A DNA stretch of 62,890 nt, the filler included, from Lenisia limosa (Eukaryota > Protista > Breviatea): the NCBI GenBank assembly GCA_001655205.1. It is 11 parts of 11 records of this genome, joined end to end, with 100 filler letters (N's around TTAATTAATTAA, not from the genome) between each part and the next. Parts side by side here need not be neighbours in the genome. Positions count along the whole stretch, not along the records: positions 1 to 2,466 come from LPNZ01003638.1; positions 2,567 to 4,092 come from LPNZ01000684.1; positions 4,193 to 9,278 come from LPNZ01010275.1; 8 more parts are not named here. One strand, written 5' to 3'. The notes beneath the pieces are model-generated. The model saw only the letters and a program-made list of their open reading frames with translations. It ran no database searches and had not been told where the DNA came from. Below, in pieces: positions 1 to 9,378 of the stretch (its first letter is position 1; each line of letters opens with the position of its first letter). Both the position numbers and the translations under genes were made by a program.

Positions 1-14
1 CCCCCCCCCCCCAG

Positions 15-919
15 AACCACGTTTTCCGTTTGGGTTACCGTCGCTTCGAGTGGAAATGTGACGCCCTGAACATGCCGTCTGAGGGGGTGCTTCAAGAGTA
101 TATAGGACATGATGATGCACACATAAAACATCTCATATCGGTGACGGCTTATTTTTATTTCTCATTGCTATTATATAATATTATATGATATAGTGTAATA
201 TATTATTGTACCTTAAGGAAGTGTTAGCAATCCAAGGTTTTTTTTTTCAAGTTCTTGAGCCTCCCTCCCCCCATAATCTCGCTGTAGTTCTCGTTTCTGT
301 GCGCTGAAGTTCGGGTTCTCTTTTGAGGGAATTTTCAAGGCCCATATGATCACTAAACACGGCAACAACAGAGACACTGCATGGTGGGGGGGGGGGGTNN
401 NNNNNNNNNNNNNNNNNNNNNNNNNNNNNNNNNNNNNNNNNNNNNNNNNNNNNNNNNNNNNATGGTTTTCATCATAAAGACCAGAAGAATATTGATTTGT
501 TGGTGATGTGATTCAGCTTTTCCAGTATTCATATAGTATATGCTGATTTTTTTATTTTCAATCCTCCTTTTTTCTGCCTGCTTTTAATCTTGTATCCGAG
601 GTACAGCTTTCCTTAGAATACGATTTTACGGATCAGGTTTGCTCTACTTGATGAGGATTGGCCCCATGTTCAGCAAGCTCTCATGGACAGGTGGGTTATG
701 TTTGTGGCTGGTAATTATGATTTTTTTTGTTTGTACCGCTCCTGTTAGTTGTGTTCACAGCATTTGTCCCATTGTCTAACCACCCCCAGCATCCAAGACA
801 TCTCACAAGACCTGAGGAGTCTCACATACCCGATAGTGCAGAGCAGCCTTCCCTTCCATGACGCCTGTCTCCCCAGAGAGCAGCAGAGCATCATGGCTCG
901 TCTCTTCTCATGGAATTAA
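15..919 (+). CDS. GNAT (RimJ/RimL-like) N-acetyltransferase, 5'-partial, 4 exons visible
   Basis: Exons ~15-77, ~288-382, ~638-689 and ~790-919 splice to NHVFRLGYRRFEWKCDALNMPSRFCALKFGFSFEGIFKAHMITKHGNNRDTAWFALLDEDWPHVQQAL...FSWN*. This matches the GYRRxEWKCxxLNxPS / GFxxEG / RDTAW / xWP motifs of this GNAT subfamily as recalled. Confidence 0.8.
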
Positions 920-1155
920 TGCTGATGTTTCTCTACCTTATGTATTATGTATTGTGTGTGTGCCTGATTCAACCTAGGTCTGGGACTTGATTGAGACACT
1001 TCAGTTCACTATAATAATTTGTTCCCCCCCCCCCTTCCAAAAACCAAAATCCATTTTGAGAAATACATTACAGAAGCNNNNNNNNNNNNNNNNNNNNNNN
1101 NNNNNNNNNNNNNNNNNNNNNNNNNNNNNNNNNNNNNNNNNNNNNNNNNNNNNNA

Positions 1156-2300
1156 GCAAGCCGTCTCTCATGCCAGCTTGTACACTGAAACGTGAAATCA
1201 AACCCTTTTGGTATTCAATAATAATAAGCTCATTCGCCAAGAAAAACAGAATTCATCTTTGCCCCCCTTCCACACCTGCAACGAAGATGCTGGTTCATAT
1301 TTGAATGGGTATACTGACCCTCAAGTCCCATGCCTCTGGTGGTGTTCACCCAGCTGCCGTCAATGGCTCTCTGGATGGTCAGCCTCATACATCATAATTC
1401 ACACTTTATACTTTCTCTTATTATTTCTAATCTAAAAAATTGAAAGGGAAAGTAGTGGGCACAATGATGAAGGCCACTTAGATTCCTGACATTCCATATC
1501 ACACCACTTGCATGAATCGCATCAGACCTGGTTACAGAGGTTGTACTCTCCAGGCTCCCAGCATGGGCCCAAATCGGCAACACCACACGCCTCAGAGTTG
1601 ACACTCTGGGGGGTAAAAAGAAGGGAATTTCAACTAAGAATACTGGCGCAAAGGTATTAATCACGTGAATAATCTGAAACTCCAAAACTAATTAAAAACA
1701 ATAGCAAACACGAACAACCAACGCTAAAGATAGACAAAAAGCAGATGACAAAACACAGGGTAATCATATCCATAGAGCCCCACTGATACCAACCCACGGT
1801 GGTATAGCCGGTAACATTGTACGGGGAATACTGGTGCATCATGCTTTCGAACGTCATAGCACTGTTCTCCTTGCGAACGCGGTACCATCCTATCATCGTC
1901 AGCATCATAAGTCTGTCATCTTGGCAAATAATAAAACACCATGGAATCAAGAAATCAGAAGTGAGTAAGCCCCCCCCCCAACCAACCAAAATCCAAGTCA
2001 ACTTGCCCGGTATAACTGGTGTCGATGCTGCCCTTGCCCACAGTGATGTACGTCTCCAACTCGCTCTAAATCATCAGACTTGGCCGAAGGCAATGCTTAC
2101 ACTGCGTTTCACTTTTTTGGTGAACTACACCCAGAAAAACCCATCAAAAATACAACTCTGTTTCACCCTTCTTCCATCCCAATAAATGCATGTATCCAAT
2201 TATGAGCAAAAAAGACAATATAATAAGTTCATTACTTTACACCAACATTGATATCCCCGTCCTCCACCTACTCCAGCAACTTGGTTAATGAAGGCAGCTG
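1156..2300 (-). CDS. Multi-exon protein of unknown function; exon structure not resolved
   Basis: Exon-like blocks with GT/AG borders, e.g. ELETYITVGKGSIDTSYTGQVDLDF, DDRLMMLTMIGWYRVRKENSAMTFESMMHQYSPYNVTGYTT and SVNSEACGVADLGPCWEPGEYNLCNQ. Confidence 0.35.
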
Positions 2301-2466
2301 AGAAGTGCCATGCACCCTCAGCAGTGTCGATAGTTGTGCGTGGCTGTTAGGGAGTGAGGGGGGGGTTGCATTTTCAAAAAAAAAAAAAACAACCAGTTTA
2401 AAAGGGTTGTGGACGAAAAAACAATTCAGTGTATTTATTATTATTATTATTATTGACCAAAATCAA

Positions 2467-2566
2467 NNNNNNNNNNNNNNNNNNNNNNNNNNNNNNNNNN
2501 NNNNNNNNNNTTAATTAATTAANNNNNNNNNNNNNNNNNNNNNNNNNNNNNNNNNNNNNNNNNNNN
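2467..2566. other. Artificial scaffold linker (44 N + TTAATTAATTAA + 44 N); also at 4093-4192, 9279-9378, 13393-13492, 22810-22909, 29869-29968, 31779-31878, 44832-44931, 48169-48268, 52316-52415
   Basis: An identical 100-bp construct occurs ten times; the 12-mer gives stops in all six frames. Confidence 0.98.
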
Positions 2567-2747
2567 AAACCAAAAGAACAAAAAAAATTATCGGGTTTTA
2601 TCGGGTTTACCCGTCCAGGCATATATGATATGTGTTATGTATTACATCATATTATGTATTGATATTGTTGTAATCAATAATGAGTATTTAGGACCTCGTG
2701 CAATTAATGTTAAGACAAATTTTTAAATGAATTAAAAAATTTGGAAA

Positions 2748-3599
2748 TTAAAGCGTCTGAAATGGATTTCCCATTACAATATCCCTTCGCACCTCTCTCA
2801 GCTTCCTCTCTTCAGCCTCGGCAATCCTCTCGTCAAGTTCGCGGACATTGCCTTCAATCAGCTGACAATGTATCATCAGCTCTTCTGCCTCCTCATTCGC
2901 ATTAGGACTGTCGATCTGGGGGAGAGTAAAGCGAAGGAAATTAATGAAACAAAAAAAGGCCAAAATCAACTGTTATAAAACACAACAACCCCTAGGGAGC
3001 ACGAGAGTACCCGGGGGGAGGGGGGTCCACTTGGCCAACCTCGCTGTAGCCTTTAAGGTACTGCTGATAGTGGCTGAGGTTCTTCAAAGCCTCCGCCTTA
3101 TCCCTTTGAAGGTGGCCAAGAAGAGTCATCGCGACCTAGATGGTGAGGATTTATCGAGGATTTATTAGGGCTCCGTGCAATTGATTTTTTGAGGAAATCA
3201 ATTAGCAATATTAGAAATGAAAGTGTCTGAAAAGGGGTTCTCGTTGCAATAAGTCCCATGTCAAATATTTCTTCAATTAATTGCACGGGGCCCTAAGATT
3301 TATCGAGGAGTTATCGAGATTTTTGAGGATTTATCGAGGATTTAGTGTGGATTTATAGTGGATTTATAGAGGATTTATAGAAGATTTCTCAAGGGTTTCT
3401 CAAGAATTATCGAGGATTTATCGAGGAGTTATCGAGGATTAATTGAGGAGCTACCGAGGATTTATCGCGAATTTATGGAGAACACGTACCTTGGGTGTCT
3501 GGGATGCCGGTGGAGGAGGGACAGCAAAAGATGAAACTACTGGGCTCTGTGCTGGGATATCTTCCTTCGCATCATAGAATTCGTCTAAATCAGTAAGTC
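2748..3599 (-). CDS. 3' end of an unknown gene with a coiled-coil C-terminus (3 exons visible)
   Basis: Splices to LTDLDEFYDAKEDIPAQSPVVSSFAVPPPPASQTPK|VAMTLLGHLQRDKAEALKNLSHYQQYLKGYSE|IDSPNANEEAEELMIHCQLIEGNVRELDERIAEAEERKLREVRRDIVMGNPFQTL*. Confidence 0.5.
3143..3480. repeat. Degenerate tandem array of GAGGATTTATC-like units inside an intron
   Basis: Repeated gaggatttatc / gaggagttatc / gtggatttata units; the same motif occurs inside the hAT-like MITE copies. Confidence 0.8.
3166..3295. mobile_element. 130-bp hAT-like MITE inserted in the satellite
   Basis: TIRs TAGGGCTCCGTGCAATT...AATTGCACGGGGCCCTA; 8-bp flanks ggatttat/agatttat. Confidence 0.75.
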
Positions 3600-4192
3600 C
3601 TACAAAAATATGTAAAAGAACTCGTCTTTCAGTACGTGCTTAAATATAGGAAACCGTGCTGTAAATATAGAAAAGCGTGCTGTAAAAATATGATAAAAGA
3701 ATTAGTCCAGAATGAATCGTCAATAATGTTAGATATATCATGAGGTAAAATAAATCAATATATGCCGTCAGAATGTTAACAATAAGTGCCTCCACGGTCT
3801 CAAAGAAGGACAAAATTTCTCTTTAAATCCTCAAAAATTGTCGATATTTTGACATCTTTTTTGGACCGTAGGGAAGCCCTATTTATAATGTAAGAGATAC
3901 AGGAAAAGAATTCGTCTTTAGTGTAAGAAATACTTGAACGTTTCTTCTATTATACGCAAGAAATCCACATAGAGTAGTAATTATATCATATGATATAGGC
4001 CATATCATAAAATATTATATATCATAGTATATACATACATATAGCTGGTATTGTATATAACATACATATAGCTGGTATTGTATATAACATACNNNNNNNN
4101 NNNNNNNNNNNNNNNNNNNNNNNNNNNNNNNNNNNNTTAATTAATTAANNNNNNNNNNNNNNNNNNNNNNNNNNNNNNNNNNNNNNNNNNNN

Positions 4193-6501
4193 AAAAAAAA
4201 AAAAAAAAAAACGATGTTATCCTGGTGTTTTTCGGACCGCAGGGAGACACAGACGTGGGCAACATTCCCCCATTGCCAACCGAATTCCTTCTCCTCGGGC
4301 CCGACTTCGTCCGCAATGGGAGTGCGGTGGTAGTTGATCGGCTTACCCTGGAGGCGAAGGCCCTAATGTATCAATATAATGTGGTTTAAGAACATTCAAT
4401 GTCTATCATTTCAATATAACATCGATATATGATTTACATATTCCCCAGAGGTAAGTCAACATTAGGGCTTCATTTTCGGTCAAATAAAGTCTTTAACACT
4501 AACTATCCGATGTGTCACCGACCGCACCTTGAAGAGATCTAGAACAGTCTTGACGTTTGAGGCTGAAATCTTGGCATCGCGAATTTCATTACTCTCCGAA
4601 GTCTGCACCCAGTATTCCAGCGTGTCTTGAGATGTCAGAACATTCAACATCATTGAGGAAATGGGGAGGGAGGGGAGGGGGGTACTACGAATCACGAACC
4701 ATTTGTCTTGGAAGACCTGTGGATGACATCGGCCTTGAGACGGCGTTCCAAACGGTGCAGGTCAAAGGCATCAATGCTGCTAGGTGACAAAGAAGGATTG
4801 CAAATGGTCCAAATGAATAACGCTTAATAATAGGCCTGTGCGAAACTGTACATTGCTTCACTTCCTCCTATTATATAACATAAGTGTACAGGGGGTAAGA
4901 GAAATGAAAAGAGAACTCTGGGTACCGAAGATACCGGACATTTTGAGGCCTTGCTAGGCTTCACTTCAGTTCGAAAAACACTGGTAAAATATCGATAGTT
5001 TTCGGGGATTTATCGAGAAATTCCGTCTTTTTCGAACCGAAGTGAGCCATAGGCCTTGGACAAGGCATCATTTCAGATCTATTAATCCAGGAAACTTTCG
5101 AGGGTTGCTGCGAACGAAGCTGAAGGCCATGAAACAGTACCTGTTAAGGTAGTCGAGGTTGACGTTGAGTGATTTGGGGTGGCGGGGGGCCATGGGAAGG
5201 TCATTGACGAAGACGACCGGCTCGGCTCGGAGGCAGATCCATTCCACATTCGTGAAGTTCGTGCCTTGGAAGGTTGCTAAGAGGTTAGGAACACTCAAGG
5301 CCCCCTTTCTACTTGTGATAAAAGGCCTTGGCACAAATTTTGTTCTTGACTCTTCAATCCATTTATTTTTAACCCCCCAGCCAACCGTCAGGGGACGTGA
5401 GAAGGTACTTAGCAACATCACTGAGTTTGTCGTATTGGGGCTGGCCGCAACCTGTCGAATAATGAGGGCTTAGCACCAAATGAGAATATATCGAGTGTAT
5501 ACCGATGATGAACTTGAAGAGAGAACAAATAAACAAGTTGCTTCAGAATAACATACAGGAAGGGGATTGTTCTTTCCTGTTTTGGAACTAATACCTCTTT
5601 TAATATGACCTATAAGCCTTGATCGATTTTTACTGAAGTGAAATCTGACTCTATCAATACCATGGTCACTTTTTAAAGCAATTAAGATATAATGTTGCTT
5701 TATCAAATTTTGTTTAAATAGTAACCAAACTGTTATTCAAAATGAGGAAAGAAGCTAAAAGGATGAAAGTGGAAATGACCAAATAATACTCAACAAACCG
5801 TAAATTGGGAACTCGTGACGAGCCCTTCTAAAGTTTGGAACATCCTTAAACTTTTCATCAAGCCTGTGTATTCCATGGAAGTGGTCGTGCTTCAGAACTA
5901 TGAATGATGATTGACGCTGCGCAATTGGGAAGATTCCTTCACCGCAGGCTTTACAACAACACTATCCATTTGCCAATCCTAGAGGAAACGGACTTGACAG
6001 AAAAAACGGTACATATAAATGAGAATGGTTCATCTATCATACCCAGCTCCCTCATCCCAAATAGGCTAGTAGGAACACCATTCATCAAATAGATACTGCC
6101 CAAAAAAGAATATGTAAGAAGCCTACCTTGAGGTCCAAGAGCGGGTTCGGATCTGTATATCTAAAGCAATAAAAAACTAAGCGTGCAATGATTTACCTGC
6201 ACTTTCATGTAAAGGCCATCTTGGATGCAGCGGTCATCGTAGAAGACGGTTGATTCTAGAGATTAGATTCTCAGTCTTAGGATAGAAATTTTCTAAAACT
6301 CTACCCACCAGGTAGTCTTGTGTTTCTAAGAGAAATAACAGCTTCAGTAAGCTGTTGCGAAAGTCCGTCTTCGAAAATATGTTCAACTTCCTCTTTCAAC
6401 TGGGCATTCGTATACTTTTCGGTATCAGGGGAATACTTAGGAAGAGGAGGGCGATTAGCAGGAACTCTAGGAAGCGTAGGATCTTCAGAGTGCAGAGTCA
6501 T
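4193..6501 (-). CDS. Paladin-like / PTP-like phytase-domain phosphatase, 3'-truncated at scaffold end
   Basis: Exons give LKHDHFHGIHRLDEKFKDVPNFRR, GCGQPQYDKL, WICLRAEPVVFVNDLP, LERRLKADV and GKPINYHRTPIADEVGPEEKEF. These follow the order of paladin motifs (LKxDHF..PNxR, GxxQP, WxNLREEP, ExRLKxD, YxRxPIxDExxP). ATG at 6501. Confidence 0.8.
4955..5051. mobile_element. hAT-like MITE family C, copy 1
   Basis: TIRs TAGGCTTCACTTCAGTTCGAAAAA...TTTTTCGAACCGAAGTGAGCCATA; 8-bp TSD ggccttgc/ggccttgg. Confidence 0.85.
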
Positions 6502-6806
6502 AGTAAAATACAGTCAGGTATTAACTAAAAATATAATTGGTAGTGTCACAAATACAAGTCTCAGTTAATGTCCTTTGTCAGTAGTCTCTTTATTCCTTTT
6601 GCCGTGAAAAGCAAAAAAACAATGAACCAAAGAATGACGTAGCAGTATGAATATTTCAAAGTAATCATTTCCAATCATTTCTTTTTATTGTTTTTTTTTT
6701 GCGATTAATCCCTTTTCATTCAGTAATAATTTTCGGATTATTGTTGAATTAAAGTAGTCAATCAAGGCGTAGTCGTTCTTTAGTGTTTTTTTTTTCGAGG
6801 AACACC

Positions 6807-9168
6807 ATGACGTTGAGTACCGTCATATTCGCCGTACTCCTGTTATTAGGATCATCCTTTGCTGATGGTTTGTTTTGGGGATTTGTTTGGCGAGCGGGGA
6901 TTTCGGTGAAATTTTCATTCCAGAATTAGTGTAAATATTACTGAAAATTGACACATTTAGAGTTCCTTTTTGCTGGAGGAAACAGTGAGTTCAACGCTAT
7001 GTCTTCGCGGTTTATGGCTAGCCAAGATTTCTCTAACTACGCCTTCCGTGGCTATAGCCACTTTGAAAACTCGGGAGTATGAGGAAAGTATTCAGAAAGT
7101 GGAGTTTACCAAGGTTTTGGAACGTGTCACTCAACCTTGAGGATTCCTTCATTATTTTCAGCATATCATCAATGCCATCAACGACCCCGACGATGAGGAT
7201 ATTGTTTGGATCATGGGATCCGATAGTCTTGGTATGGCGGGNNNNNNNNNNNNNNNNNNNNNNNNNNNNNNNNNNNNNNNNNNNNNNNNNNNNNNNNNNN
7301 NNNNNNNNNNNNNNNNNNNNNNNNNNNNNNNNNNNNNNNNNNNNNNNNNNNNNNNNNNNNNNNNNNNNNNNNNNNNNNCAGTGAGTAGGGAATCATGTGG
7401 AAGAGAACGTCATACTGTTACAATCTTCATCAACCTTTGGTGGTGTAATATTTCCAGAACATCTTCAAGTACTATGTCAGCGAGGACCGTATGGAGACTT
7501 TCAAGTTTGCCCCTGAGGGAGACGTAGGCGGGNNNNNNNNNNNNNNNNNNNNNNNNNNNNNNNNNNNNNNNNNNNNNNNNNNNNNNNNNNNTTTTTTTTT
7601 TGATATGGAGTACTGATTGTGATAATTTTGAGAGGCAAGCGGGCTGACTCTTCAGGTCAACCAACTCGTCTTCCGAGACGAGCTCATCATCGCGATCGGA
7701 GAGTTCACTTCTGTCTATGTGGGATGGCAAGCTATTGACGCGCTGTTATTCTATGGTGAAAAGCCGGGGCAATATGACATAGGACTGCAGTAATTCGAGG
7801 CAATTTGTACTTTCTGAATATCGAACACATCTCTTGTTTTTTGAACGCTGAACAACTAACCTTGTCCCCCACCAGGACGTCCACAATGAAGAAACCGCGA
7901 AAAGCCGCGTCTGGGACTTCTACACCGACGAGGTCACTGAAGTTCCCCTCGAGGTACTTGGGGGCGGCTTAGTAAGTATGTGTACAGACCGCCGGATCTC
8001 TATGATCCGAGTTTCAATAGACTTTACTGCAAAAAAATATGGGGGGCGTAGTGATGACAACATTGGTCATTTTTGTTGTGCGTGATGCTGAGCGCCTCAT
8101 AGAGTGACGTGTTCCGCAACATTGCCATCTTCAACCTTACCGACGGTACTGCTGTCCCTGTTAACAACGGTACGGGAGGGGGGGGGGTATTAGGGCTTCA
8201 CTTCGGTTCAATAATACTTGTAGAATATCGATAGTCGAGGATTTATTGAAATCTTTTTTCAACCAAAAGTGGATCCCCATCTGGGTGTTGCTGTTTAGGT
8301 CTCGAAATAAATCAGATACTTGTGGTTCGAAAGAGGACCGAAAACTATCGATAATTTTGCTGTTCCCAGCGTTTACCGACTACAGGTGGTGTCAATGGAG
8401 AGGTCAAGGTTGCCATGATCATCGACGACAGCCCCCTCATGGTGCTCGGAGGCGACTTTAGCCATATTGCCCTGGAGCAGCCCGGTGCGGTCGGCGTCTA
8501 CGGCCACTTCAAGGTCGAGAAGGAGACTTCTCACTGCAAGGTCTTGCGGGGTCTTGCCCTTTGTCCGTGGCATAGTAATTTTTTTATATTTCTCAAATAG
8601 AACAATAATTAGTGCTATTGGTTTTTCATTGCATATCCTCACGCTCCAACTTTCTTTTGCTGTTTCCCATGAATCCTAGCACTAAGACAATTAAGATCCT
8701 GGGAGATGTACCCCCTTGTAATCATAATAATTTGACCCGTAATTACCTTACCCTTCTTAGAATGTCTACAGCTGGTACACAAAGTGTCTCGACTGTCGCA
8801 AGGGCGTGCAGGAGGCATTTGACCAGGCCATGGGACAGTGTGTCAAGCCAGCTGAGCCCGCCACTTGCGACACTCCCGCGGTTCCCGAAGACAACACGTC
8901 TTGCACCACCACTGTTATTGACTTCTCTACCTGCTCCTCTGATGTTGGCTGGTCTCGTTTGTTTTTCTTTGATTCGTAATCCCTTTGAAAACTTTTGAAA
9001 TTGCTTTTTTTTATTTTTTGTTTTTCTGGTGGTGACCCATGGCTGCTTACTTCGGCCTGATTTCCGCTTCAGTGTGACCATTACGGCCACACGTACTTCT
9101 CAGACCCTACTGTTGGCGACCTTGCCGCTGTGACCTACACCATTTCTAACAACGGTTCCACTAGGTAG
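6807..9168 (+). CDS. Secreted protein (signal peptide, beta-rich middle, Cys-rich C-terminus)
   Basis: MTLSTVIFAVLLLLGSSFAD signal-like exon. Later exons include TGGVNGEVKVAMIIDDSPLMVLGGDFSH and YTKCLDCRKGVQEAFDQAMGQCVKPAEPATCDTP; canonical splice borders. Confidence 0.6.
8191..8279. mobile_element. hAT-like MITE family C, intronic copy
   Basis: TAGGGCTTCACTTCGGTTCAA...TTCAACCAAAAGTGGATCCCC. Confidence 0.7.
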
Positions 9169-9378
9169 CGTGGTTTTATTATGTTATTTTTTAGAGAACT
9201 GAATGGGACTGTTGTTTTTTTTTCTTTCTTTCTTTGGTACTGAGTATCCTTACCTTCTTATGTTTTCAACTGGGTTACNNNNNNNNNNNNNNNNNNNNNN
9301 NNNNNNNNNNNNNNNNNNNNNNTTAATTAATTAANNNNNNNNNNNNNNNNNNNNNNNNNNNNNNNNNNNNNNNNNNNN

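Noticed and set aside
1420-1605. In-frame TGA followed by a Cys-rich continuation (NQV*CDSCKWCDMECQ) as selenocysteine or stop recoding
   Set aside because: CAG|GTCTGA is a plausible donor (the same donor is needed in the GNAT gene) or simply the stop. No SECIS is evident and the exon frame is unresolved.
2467-2566. Palindromic TTAATTAATTAA repeated at intervals, and any gene-neighbourhood signal across it
   Set aside because: It is an artificial six-frame-stop linker; adjacency across linkers has no biological meaning.
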